Assembly (NCBI GenBank): GCA_904063045.1
Contig: CAJFCJ010000196.1
Location: 31,694 to 75,137 of the forward strand
Length of the DNA stretch: 43,444 nt
Source: Dimorphilus gyrociliatus
Lineage: Eukaryota; Animalia; Annelida
Direction of reading: 5' to 3'
Shown: positions 12,114 through 23,408 of the stretch, piece by piece
How positions within the stretch are numbered: position 1 is the first letter of the stretch
Layout: the number at the start of each line of letters is the position of its first letter
Translations under genes and position numbers: made by a program
The notes under the pieces: generated by a model
What the model saw: the letters and a program-made list of their open reading frames with translations, nothing else
Databases searched by the model: none
Told to the model about the DNA's origin: nothing

Positions 12114-13270
12114 GAAAATCAATAATAACACTGCTTTAGAATTGCAAACTAATGTTTAGAAATTTCAATCAGTGAGAAACAACAAAATTTACCTTTACGA
12201 TTTTATTGAAAATTTAATCACTGTTGATAAATTGTCTAACTCATATGTCAGAAACATATTAAATATAATAAAGGGAGCAACTATTATTTCATGTCAATAA
12301 ATTCTCCATGGAGTGGGTAAACAATAATATTACAGTACTATTTTACAAACAGCAACATTTAGTTTCCTTGGAGATAGATATGATTTGGACTAGAAGAATT
12401 AGTAGACGCAAAATAAAAACTATCGTACTGCAAGTTACAACAGTGCTGATTGTACAGTTATAATTTTAAATTTAAATGTTTAAGCAAGTAATAATATGAA
12501 AGTTCAATAGCTGAATAGATCATTTGTAATAGAAAGTTGTCAAATTACCAGACTAGGACCCAATGTTGAGTGAACTGTCTGGTTCATATTTATCTTTAGA
12601 AGCAGAATGTTACAAGGTTCAACATTTAACAAAGGTAAATGAGTTATAACTGGTAATTAGAGATGAATGTTGAGAATGACTAATCTATATTTAGCCAAAT
12701 GTTATTGCATTTTCTTACATAGGTTTCTAAGAGGTACATGTATAAATTACATATGGTTAAAGCAAAAAATAAAACAAGAGTTGTACACTATGGCTTTAAA
12801 TACGTTAGGTTAGGACATCATCTAAAAAAATAAGGATTTTTTTCATCACATTTTTAAAAGGATTGAAGACAACTTACAAACATAATTAAATAAATTTTGA
12901 GTTATATATTTGTTGTGTAAAAGTAACCCAGACCTAACCCTTACCTAGCCTATCAAAACCCTAAAACTAACCTAGGCCTAAAATTGGACAAAATCTCCAG
13001 AAATTGGCTTTCAAAAATCAATTTTTTAGTTGTCTAATGCAAATACAAGCATATAATATAATATCTAGCAGTTGAACAACAATTTTTTATCAAATTACAT
13101 ATAAAATTTCAATCAATAAGTTTAGAAATTGAGCAACAAATCTTTAGGACGAAATCTCCAGACACCTCGTTGCTGGAGTTGATGCATATAATCAATATCA
13201 TATTCTCTGTATTCAATTAAATTAATATAGCTCTCATTTTTGTAGATACTTCAAGTTTATCTTTCCTTAC

Positions 13271-13400
13271 TCAGCATAGCTACACCGTGAGCAGAGCTAT
13301 TCTTGTTGCAAATTACGTCGTTACTATGGCCATCTAACCTTTAATTTATAGAGTAAGATCCATCTTGTTCAGTTTCAGTTAAGACGACAACGCTTTATTG
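13271..13400 (-). other. Possible non-coding first exon / promoter region of the CD225 gene
   Basis: Strong minus-strand donor (ga|gtaagg) at 13270, a CpG-richer patch, and an acceptor ttttgcag just upstream of the CD225 ATG. No transcript evidence. Confidence 0.25.
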
Positions 13401-14374
13401 AGTAACAATTTTGGAAACCAAATATATATTACAAATACAGGAATGTAGTATACATATAATGGTCACAAAATATAGTTTTACAATAAGGCAAAGCTTGTAT
13501 ACATCTAACTTTCAAGAGTACCCTTAGCCCCTGGTAGAAGTCAGTGGCTGTCTTCTTCCTCCCAGCCATTTTCTTAAAAATATATAGTAATCAAAATAAA
13601 TCTAAATTGAAAAATCATAATTAAGTATTACTGAGGTAAAAGTAAAAATAGTGTATTTATGAAGATTTGTTATAAATTATAAAAGAAAATTTTTCATAAA
13701 AGAGATAAAAAACAGACTAATTCTTTGACAATTGTTTCAAAATAGAAATTCTTTTCTGAAGAGATTTTTTAACAAATATTCCGAAAATGAATATATCGTT
13801 TTTCAGTCTTTTATCTGTTATTGCTTGATATTTTTCGCAATGAAAATAGTAGTCAAATTTCTATTATTAATTTGTCATATATTTAAAAGAGAACAAAGCA
13901 GAGTAACTAATCCACTCACTCTGTAAAATAAGTTCTTTTTAATTTCAGTGTTTGTTGTTGCTAAAGAATTTTGATGAGTAGTTTTACAATCTCAAATCTT
14001 TGTGCTACACTCATATTTTCTAGTTTCTTTTTCATGGCAAAATTTTGAAAAAAATTGATATTGTGCAAGATTTATTATGTCACTTTTATCAAGAATTACT
14101 AAGTGCTTTCACTTCAAATTTATCTAACTGAATTTAGATTTCTCTCAATTGTTCTGTTACAGGACTTTTTATCTATATATGATATGACATCAAGTCAACT
14201 AAGTTGACATAGATATGAGATTGAGTCAAATATTCCTTCCCCCAGCACAAAAAACAATGAATCCTAACCCTATTCTTTTTAACATGTTGAAAATGCCCAT
14301 TGGATTTATATTTATGTCAAATTTTCTATAAAATTAAAAAAAAACATCCAGAACAACTTTAATAACAATACAAA

Positions 14375-14583
14375 AGATACAACAGAAAACGTCCCCAATT
14401 TGCATGGTTGAACCCTAACCCTAACCTAGCCCTTGTCTCTCCTTAACTTTTTTGATTTCTCCTAACCCTTAGATGGAACCCTCCCTAACTATAAATCAAA
14501 AGCTACATTACTCCTCCTAACCATTTTTCAATTCAAAATGTTCCATTCAAAAATCTCATTTGGGGACATTTTATGTCAGCCCC
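14375..14583 (-). mobile_element. MITE copy 3 (same family)
   Basis: Reverse complement aligns end to end with 9482-9688 (shared ttccatctaagggtta and gctagg..agggttagggtt). Flanks caatacaaa / cattacaaa (8/9). Confidence 0.8.
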
Positions 14584-15384
14584 CATTACAAAAATAAATA
14601 CATTTTGAGGTGTTGAAAATATCAAGTAGACTTTAAAAGCTATAATACAATTTTTTTCTAAATATTTTTCTTTATTCAGAAGAGGAGACATAAATTTGGG
14701 AAGTAAGAATAAAGGGAAGAAGCTGATAACAAAAAGTGACTTAAAAAAATTTAATAAAAATCTTATTTTAACTGGAAAAAGAGTTGCCTAAGAGACTGTG
14801 ATAAATACCTCAGGTGTTGAAAGGGAATAACAGTCTGATCTCCTCTTATAACCCTGCTGGTTCCTTGACCATATCCCGGGAAGTCTTCAATATATTTTTC
14901 TCTTTTTTTCATCTCAGAGTGTCATTCCCAAAATTAGCTTGTTAACCTGTCAAAAATAATTAAAATTTTTGAAAAGTATCAGTGATGACTAAATGAGAAA
15001 AAAACTTGCCAGAAGAAAAAAAATTAATGATGAACAATTTGATTTATGGTATTATTTTCTTGTCATTTTGTTTATCTTTATGGTTTTACAACTTTTACAG
15101 TTCAAATAAAAAAATAGTCAATTTTTTTTATTCTGAATTCAGGAAGTGAAATAGAAAGAAAACTAAGCCATATTTTATATTTCACAATTTTTGTAAAGCA
15201 TTTACACTTTATCTATTGACACAAAGAATCATAAATTCATTAAAAATCAAGTGTACTGATTAAATTTGCATATATAAATAGTTAGATTTTTGGAGAAAAA
15301 TCAGAGAGGTTTCTCTGCAGCAAACATGAAACTATTTTTTATATGCATTGGTTAGAAATATATTACTGTGTTTAATTAATAAAA

Positions 15385-17244
15385 ATGAATAAATCTCATG
15401 TTTTTCTTTTTTTTTTAGCAATTTTCTCTACTTTCCATTATTCAAAAGGCTCTTGCAAATGTCCAATTGGAACTGATGGAAATTTAATTGATGGACTATT
15501 TAAAGACAATAAGGATTGTAACATATATTATCATTGCAAAGCTGGTATAGAGCATAAAAGATTTTGTCCACCTGGATCAGATTTTAAACTGTATCCCAAT
15601 GATAATAAATATATTATTTGCAATCCTCCTAGAAATGCTCATTGTTTAAAGCAAGAAAACAATACAATAATAGACCAGGGAATGGAAATCAATGAATGTA
15701 AAAACAAGTTTAATGGTACAGTTGGAAGTGGCACAAATGAAACTAATTATTATATTTGTATCAATGGATATGGGTGGGAGAGAAATTGTCCACCAAATAT
15801 GTCCTATCAACCAAGATATCATTGGAGTGGAAGTTTTCTGGAAATCTGCAGACCATATACTCCTAAACCAACACCAAGAGATGGCCAATGGGGTGAATGG
15901 AGTCATTGGGGTTCTTGCCATCCATATTGTGATAGAGGTTCAAAAGTCAGAGTAAGACAATGCAATAATCCAGAACCTTTGAATGGTGGAAAATATTGTT
16001 ATGGTTTACCAACAGAGACAGTGATTTGTAATAATGGTCCCTGTATAAGAGATGGGGAACCAGCCTTCATGGTTTCTCTAATGGATAGTACACCTGAATC
16101 AACTGGAAGAATTAATTGGACTTTAGTTTCTTTAAATAAAGGGAATATCTTCAATAAAGACACTCAAGATTTATCCATTAAAAAACCAGGATTGTACTTT
16201 TTCTCTTTAACTTTAACTGGGATTTCTTTAAAGAATTTGAAGGCTACAATGTTTGGTACAGATTTGAACATTGGACTGGAAAAGAAGAGAGGTTCTTATG
16301 TTTCATCTGAAACTAGTTCAAGAAGTGGACTTTTTCTACTGGATACAGTTCACAAACCCTATATAAAGCAATTTCATTCATCATTTTTCAGTTCAATAAA
16401 AGGGATGGAAACATCCTGGCTTGGTTTCCACTACAGCTCAGATGCCTATTTATCGTGTGTAACCACAAAATCTCATTTCAACAGTTATATTCAATGGCCA
16501 AATATCACAGCAAAAAAAGGATTTCAAGAAAATAGTGATAAAAGTGAATTTCTTATTTTAGAGGATGGTCTATATTTTATAAACCTTGGATTAGGAGCTA
16601 GTAGTAATGTTCATTCTTCTAGTTCATCCAGAAGTAAACTTGAATTCAGAATTTTCAAGTTTTCTCAATATGTCACACATATTGATTTAGAAATAAATGG
16701 TCTGTTTTTCAAAAACAACAACATTTCATTAGAACAACAATCACAGACAACAATTTCAAGATTGAGTAAAGGTTATATTATTAAAACATATGGCTATACT
16801 TCCTCAGGTTCAATGTCATTATACTCTAATGACAATATCCCATCATACTTTAATCTTTTTAGATTAAATGATTCCTTACCATATTTTGAAGGAAAAACAA
16901 CAAGTTCAACTTGTGCTGAATTTAGAAAAGTGAATATATACTATATCTTGACTGATAAATTTCAGTTGTGGGATAAAGAAAATAATGAATTTAAAATAAA
17001 GAAAACTGGAAACTATTACTTTGAATTTTCTTTCTCACAATATAGGCATGATTCATTGGATGTAAGGTTATTTCAAAATAATGATCTTGTGGCTGTATCA
17101 AAAAAACATAATAGTGCTGAATTTACTGATATGTTTACAAGAACAGCTCTCTTACATATTGAGGCTGGTGATAAATTATTCTTTATGAACCATGGTTGTA
17201 TTGGTAGTTTTGCACATTTTGTATTGGTTTATGTTTCGGAATAA
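15385..17244 (+). CDS. Intronless secreted protein: signal peptide, 2x chitin-binding (peritrophin-A/CBM14-like), TSP1, 3x C1q-like domains
   Basis: Hydrophobic N-terminus; C...G.F.D.KDCNIYYHC...CPPG and EC...NYYIC.NG...CPPN repeats; WGEWSHWGSCHPYC...RVRQCNNP (TSP1); three segments with C1q-type F..I...GLY(F/Y)F motifs (KKPGLYFFSL, LEDGLYFINL, KKTGNYYFEF). Confidence 0.85.
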   Translation: MNKSHVFLFFLAIFSTFHYSKGSCKCPIGTDGNLIDGLFKDNKDCNIYYHCKAGIEHKRFCPPGSDFKLYPNDNKYIICNPPRNAHCLKQENNTIIDQGMEINECKNKFNGTVGSGTNETNYYICINGYGWERNCPPNMSYQPRYHWSGSFLEICRPYTPKPTPRDGQWGEWSHWGSCHPYCDRGSKVRVRQCNNPEPLNGGKYCYGLPTETVICNNGPCIRDGEPAFMVSLMDSTPESTGRINWTLVSLNKGNIFNKDTQDLSIKKPGLYFFSLTLTGISLKNLKATMFGTDLNIGLEKKRGSYVSSETSSRSGLFLLDTVHKPYIKQFHSSFFSSIKGMETSWLGFHYSSDAYLSCVTTKSHFNSYIQWPNITAKKGFQENSDKSEFLILEDGLYFINLGLGASSNVHSSSSSRSKLEFRIFKFSQYVTHIDLEINGLFFKNNNISLEQQSQTTISRLSKGYIIKTYGYTSSGSMSLYSNDNIPSYFNLFRLNDSLPYFEGKTTSSTCAEFRKVNIYYILTDKFQLWDKENNEFKIKKTGNYYFEFSFSQYRHDSLDVRLFQNNDLVAVSKKHNSAEFTDMFTRTALLHIEAGDKLFFMNHGCIGSFAHFVLVYVSE

Positions 17245-17635
17245 TATTCTATTTTTTTTTGGCCTATTTTAAAAATTCTGTTTACAAAACATATACAGGA
17301 TTATTAAATGAATGATATAACTCTCTGATGACTACAATGGTTTTGGTCTATTCTATAATAAAAGCAGAAGAAACTTTGTGTTAAAAATAGGCGAACAATG
17401 ATTTTTAATTTCTTAATTAATGAAAAAACTAAAATAACTCATTAATTTTTTCTCTTATTAAATATGTTTTATCTATTGATTTTCAACAGTTAATAAATAA
17501 AAAGTTATTGGCAGTTTTAGATAATAACTCAAGAATTGAATTGTGGCTTTAATTCTGCATTGTAACAATTTTTTTCCATTATCCATATATCCTGGATCTG
17601 AATTTCTGCAATAATCATTGCAGTATGACAAAATC

Positions 17636-17790
17636 GGGGTCGGGTGTGAACGTACCTGGGTGCGAACGTACCCGGGTGCGAACGTACCCTGGGCGGGTGC
17701 GAACGTACCCTGGGCGGGTGCGAACGTACCCAGGTACGTTCGCACCCTATTTTTATATTTATTTTATTTTTGAATTTTTGAATAAACATG
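17636..17790 (+). repeat. Left TIR of MULE-1 with tandem subterminal units
   Basis: Five direct gggtgcgaacgtacc-type units plus one inverted unit, then tatttttatatttattttatttttgaatttttgaataaa. Mirrored at the right end. Confidence 0.9.
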
Positions 17791-18252
17791 TACATTGACA
17801 CCCTTTTTTCCTTCTGTTCCTTCATTATATATTTGTTAATATATTGATTTGATAGAATGCAGATATTAAATAGAATACATATCCCATCAATATTAAATTA
17901 CTACTTTAAAAGAAAATGTTGTTGAAAGTGAAATAGCAGCCATTTTAATAGTGATAGTTTTATTAAATAAACTTTCACTTGGAATATTTATCCTTGCAAA
18001 AGTAAAGCTATATTTACTGAATAAATTTGGACAAAGTTCTTCTTGGAAGCTTCAACAGAAGTGAGTATTTATATCTAATCATTGAGATTGTTGATTCATG
18101 ATATTTTGATGTAATATACTATCTTCAATTGTGAAAAAGCTGAATATTTTTCATAAATAAAATTTCAGCCATTTTGAATATTTGGAAAGGAAATTTATTG
18201 ATAACTGGAAATATTTTTAGATAACCATCTACATTTGATTGAAGATTAAAAA

Positions 18253-20154
18253 ATGGCTTTCAAATGTCACAATTGTCATTCAACAATTTATGGAAGGCAA
18301 AAATATTTGAAATGCAGCCTTTGTAAGAATCTTATTCATAGGAAATGCACAGGTATGTAACTCTTTAATCAGCTTTCATGTAATTATATTTTTTAACATA
18401 TTCTTATAGAAACACATAACATACCAATTTGCAAACCTTGTAACAAAAGAAAATGTACTGTCATGCTCAAGAAGTTAACTAATCTGGAAATTCATCAATT
18501 CAAAGTAAATTCTGAAGAAAGCTTTATTGATGAAAGAAATAAGATTGCTGCAGTTGAGGAATCAATATTGGAGGATGAAAATCATGTTCTTTCAGAATGC
18601 CAATCAATGGACCTAGACTCTTTGGAGGAAGTTGAAGAGAATGCTGAAGAATATTGTGAATCATCCACAAAAAGTGATTTTGAGATTGTAAAAGGAGGAA
18701 GTAGAAAGGGACATGACATTTTACTGAATGATGGATATTCTTTTGTTGTTAAACATAAAACACCATCAAGTACTATTTGGGTGTGCAGTGTGAGAAGTAA
18801 GAAGAAAAGATGTGTGGCCAGAATAAGACAAAATGGAAATTTATTTCTCAAAGGCAATTTGGAACATAATCACAACAGAAAAAAGAATTTAGAAGTGGAT
18901 ATTAAAGTGAAAACAGATTTGAAAATTGTTTGCAGAAGTGATAATCAAACATCTGGAAGAAGCATTGCTGAAAAAGTTCTTCTATCCTATGAACCCAATG
19001 CAACTTGTCTTCCTGATATCAACTATTTGAAGAGAATGGCAAACTCAAATAGACAAAAGTTTAGGCCAGTGGAACCTAAAGTGTACAACTTTAATTTAGA
19101 TGAAACATTTTTGCCTGATGAATTTTTGCAGAAAGATATTTGTGAAAATGGAGAAAGAATTTTAATCTTTGCAACAAACCATCAGCTGAATTTATTATCA
19201 AAATCCAACTGTTGGTACATTGATGGTACTTTCAAGATTGTAAAAGAACCATTTTATCAACTTGTCACTATTCACTCATTTGTTAAGAAGAGTGGTGATA
19301 TGAAGCAAGTTCCTCTTGTTTTTATTTTTCTGACTTCAAAGCATACCAAAGCATACTTACAAGCATTTCAAGTAAATATTTCATATTATCTCTTCAAAAG
19401 TGATGATAAATAAAGTTGCTTTTTTGTAGCATATCAACAATCTTATCAATGATTTTCATCCAAAAAGAATTACAATGGATTTTGAAAAAGGACTATGGAA
19501 AGCATTATCAAAAGTATATCCCCTCACTGAATTTCAAGGTTGTGTATTTCATTTCACACAAGCAGTATACAGGAAAATACAAGTCAGTTACATTCAAATA
19601 TATATAACATTATCTATTAAATAACTTATATTATTGAATAGGCTCTTGGCTATGTAAAGAAATACAAAGAAAAAGGAAATGATTGGAAAGATTTCAGAAA
19701 ATTGATGGCTCTGCCATTCTTGCCAGCACATATTATTCAACCAACATTTGACAGCATAAATGCAGAACTTTGTGAAAAAAATAGATTTTTGGACCTGCTG
19801 CAATACTTCCAAACAAACTGGATCAAAAATAAATTATGGAAACCAAATAACTGGTCAGTTTTTGGTTTGTCTATTAGGACCAATAATGATTGTGAAGGAT
19901 GGCATCAAAGAATGAATAGTAAGCTGCCTGCTAAAGGTTCTTTTTACATGCTGGTTGATGAGCTAAAAAAAGAGTCTGAGTTGATTGCAGTTTATGAGAA
20001 ATTACTGTCAGAAAAAAGGATTTACAAACATCAAAAGAAAAAGTATATTGACATCCAAAAGAAAATTTTTGATTTATGGGATGATTTCAAGTTGAACAAA
20101 TTGACATCAATTGATCTATTAATGCAGACATCCCATATCTACTCTCCAGCATAA
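18253..20154 (+). CDS. MULE transposase, 575 aa: PHD finger - acidic linker - FLYWCH - DDE; exons 18253-18352, 18410-19371, 19430-19582, 19642-20154
   Basis: Spliced CDS of 1728 nt with no stops. CHNC...CSLC...HRKC|...CKPC (C4HC3), DGYSF...WVC...C...HNH (FLYWCH), WYIDGTFK, TMDFE, GCVFHFTQA, RTNNDCEGWH (D, D, CxxH, E). Confidence 0.9.
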
Positions 20155-20234
20155 ATATCATTTGTCAAGCTTTATTGTTTTTTAGTATAATATTTAGTCT
20201 TTTAAATACATACTTTTAGATTTATAGCTAAATC

Positions 20235-20365
20235 TTTTATTCAAAAATTCAAAAATAAAATAAATATAAAAATAGGGTGCGAACGTACCTGGGTACGTTC
20301 GCACCCGCCCAGGGTACGTTCGCACCCGGGTACGTTCACACCCAGGTACGTTCGCACCCCAACTC
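20235..20365 (-). repeat. Right TIR of MULE-1
   Basis: Reverse complement of the left TIR, with one fewer subterminal unit. Confidence 0.9.
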
Positions 20366-21167
20366 GACAAAATCAGGTAGATTCAGTATGCATCATTAAT
20401 GTCTATTTCAAATCTCACATAGATTTCCATTAGTTATACTTTTAGTTATAGAAGTCAGATGGAATGTTTCTCCTTCATATCTTATATATTAGGATAATTG
20501 ATAATCTCTGCCTTATCTCATTTGAAAAGTAAACAAACATGACTAATATTATTAAACGAAATTGTTTTTTTCATCAAAAGTATTAAAAAACAAACAGGGT
20601 TGAGAAAACTTATCCTCATTCTCAAGAATTTGCATTGCATTCACTGGCACAAAGCCAATGTACAACTTTGGTTATATTTTACATGCTTGAACTCTATTAT
20701 TTTATGCAACATATACATGTACATCTTAAAACCTATGCAAGAAAATGCTATAACATTGGCCAAACATAAGTCTGATTAGTCAGCTAAGGCTCATCTTTAA
20801 TTACCAATAAAGGTTTGGCCAAGTTATAATTCAATTAACATTCCTAAATGTTCAACCTTGTAACATCCTGTTACTAAAGATAAATATGAACTACACATTT
20901 CGGCAACTGTAAAGTGATGATTGGATGTCAGAGGCAAACCTCAAAGTATATAAATCCTCACTATTCTCATTTGGCATGCAGCTTCCATCTGGACCCAAGG
21001 ACCTGGGAATATCATCTGGAAACAACTTCCACTGGAACCATCCATCTACTCCTCAACACTGGAAGACAGTTTGGTAATTTGGCAACCTGCTTTTACGAAC
21101 TATCTACTCTGCTATCAAACTCTCATATTGTTACTTGCTTAAGTATTATTGTTGCAAATAAACCGTT

Positions 21168-22975
21168 TTAATTTAAACATTTGTTTAAAGGTTCGAGTAG
21201 AACCAGTATTGTTATAACTTGCAAATGCATAGATTTTGCCAGCAAGAGCAGTACATTATCACCATTTTTTCTGAAAATAGGATAATTTTGCAGTTCTATT
21301 TCTTCTGATTCATATGTTGGAGCTGAAGGTAATCTTTTTGTTTTTGTCAATAGTTTAGACAGTCTGGTAAATTGAACTCTTTTCAGTTTTTTCTTCCAAA
21401 TAAAGTAAATGAAGAATCCAATTCCAATCAAGAGTATAATTGGCAGAAGTATGTCTATTAGTATTTTGAAAGGTTTTCTTATCCATGAAGAAAATAGATG
21501 TTGTGTTGGTGACAAGGCTGCATCAATTCCTAAATCATTTGCAAAGTTAATATGCTCTCTATGCTTAGTCAAAGTATCCTGTATGTATTCCAAAACTTGT
21601 TGTATCTGATAATGTTTCTTGCCCACATCTTCTTTTATACCTAGTTGTAATAATTCAGTAAGTCTGACAACTTCTAGTTTTGGTTCTTCAATTTGACTGT
21701 TGATTTTCATTCTGATTGATTGTGCTGCTGCTGTTTGGAACCTGCATCCTTTCCTAGTATAATAGATAAATGTCTTCTTGCCAGAATGTATGGCATATTG
21801 GTTTTGTTCTGCATCCAAAGGATTTTTCTTGATCTTGAAGAGATGCTGAGTTTGGTCACATGTACCATATCTTATGTCTTCTTTAGTGATGTGGTAAGCA
21901 TGGTGAAGTATTGGATCAATTGAGAATAGGAGATCTTTATATTTGATCAGAAATTCTTTTGAACATAATCCATTTTTTGTTATAATTGTTGTGTCACAAA
22001 CTACTTGAACAGGTTTTAATTCTGTACATGTATTGAGGGTTGTTAGATCTCCTAACCATGTACTATGGGTTCCATGTTTAGATCTAAGTATTGTTGGTAG
22101 TTGAGGTGATAGTGGTGTAAGTAGGGCTATCATCTTGTTTCTCATGATAAATTCTTTGCATAAAAGTTGTGAGACTTGTTTAAAAACTGTTTGTAAATTT
22201 TGAAAATTTTTGTCAATATTGTTTAACAGTGCAGCTGTTCTTATAGCATCTTTTATATTTATTTGGTGTGATTCTGGAATCTCTATGCTTTCTAATTGTT
22301 TCCTCTTCCATTTGTGATTTATTGGTTTTCTTTGTAAAAGTGTATATTTGCCATTTTCTGTATGAATTTGAAATTGTGTATCTTTTGGGCTTTGATACCA
22401 AATGTTCATGTTTGGGAGTGGGTTGAAAGTAACTGGTTTTTTGTCCAATTCAAACTCTTGTGATCTTACTAGTCTGGCAGGTTTAGCTTTGTTGTTTTCA
22501 GCATTTTTAGTATGTATTTGTTGTTAATATCCCAGATGTCTGGAGAAATAATTTCTTTGACAAACCAAGTCCTCACTAATGGTGTTGCATGATTTTTTAT
22601 CAGCATATGGTAGGTTTTGTCACCATCTCTATACCAATCATTATATGTTAAAATATCTTGTATTTCTGTGACATTGGCCTTTCTTAGTGATGATTTCTTT
22701 CCAATATATTTCTCCAATCTATTAACTTCTTTATTTGAAATGATCTTGTATTTTGTATCCTCTATTATTTTATTGTCAGCATAATTGGAATTTGTAAGAT
22801 CAGTTCTAAGTAAGTCATATTCATTCTGGGGTACCAATACTCTTGTACCAGGACCACCATATCCTTTGATATATCTGTCTTGGTAAGGTAAATCCATTAT
22901 TGCATAGTTGGGGCAGGAAAAATATCCTCCAAGTTTTACACATTCCACATTATGGGAAACTATTTTCCATTCCAT
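21168..22975 (-). pseudogene. Envelope glycoprotein (class III / herpes gB-like motif), split by a 1-nt frameshift near 22465
   Basis: Cys-rich ectodomain, C-terminal TM ILIDILLPIILLIGIGFFIYFIW followed by a basic tail, located directly 3' of the integrase tail. The two ORFs join with one frameshift (…LNLP / LVRSQEFELDKK). No signal peptide seen. Confidence 0.8.
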
Positions 22976-23408
22976 TTACCCAATCACCAATTTTGTAAGT
23001 TGGAGGTTTTCTTGTAATAGCTTTATTAACTCTATCTCTAAATTCCTTCTTTTTTTAATCTTGGAACTTCCATTAATAGATCTAAAACATTTCTATTCTT
23101 CAATCCAAATAATATTTCATGTGGGGTTTTGCGGGGCCAGGACATTTCGGCCCAGGACATTTCGGCCCACTTTTTGGACATTTTGGCCCACTTTGGACAT
23201 TTCGGCCCACTTTGGGACATTTCGGCCCAGGACATTTTGGCCCACTTTAGGACATTTTGGCCCACTTTAGGACATTTCGGCCCATTTTAGAGCATTAATA
23301 TTCAAGAATATAACTTTCCATTTTATGATGTATTATGTTTATTTTTTCAATAAGAAAGGAAACAATTTCAAAACAGTAAGAGAATGATATAACATACAAT
23401 AACAAAAA

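Larger units (their letters stand above)
17636..20365 (+). mobile_element. MULE-1: full-length Mutator-like (Phantom-type) DNA transposon
   Basis: Perfect 9-bp TSD gacaaaatc at 17627-17635 and 20366-20374. Long TIRs built from tandem gggtgcgaacgtaccc units plus an AT-rich inner arm. Internal MULE transposase. Confidence 0.95.

Noticed and set aside
17636-17750. CRISPR-like regularly repeated GC-rich units (also 20275-20365, 23133-23285, 25685-25779, 35320-35408)
   Set aside because: No unique spacers, eukaryotic context, and the units are mirrored at the two ends of TSD-flanked elements. They are transposon TIR sub-repeats.
17473-17825. Repetitive ORFs (GTFAPAQ..., VRSHPP...) and similar ORFs at 22908-23270, 25638-25820, 35310-35516
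   Set aside because: Translations of TIR tandem repeats with no coding signal.
20914-21171. ORF downstream of env, and a minus-strand frame GVDGWFQWKLFPDD...DGSCM
   Set aside because: No recognisable domain, contains a stop in the protein-like frame, and no consistent splice model. Left unassigned.
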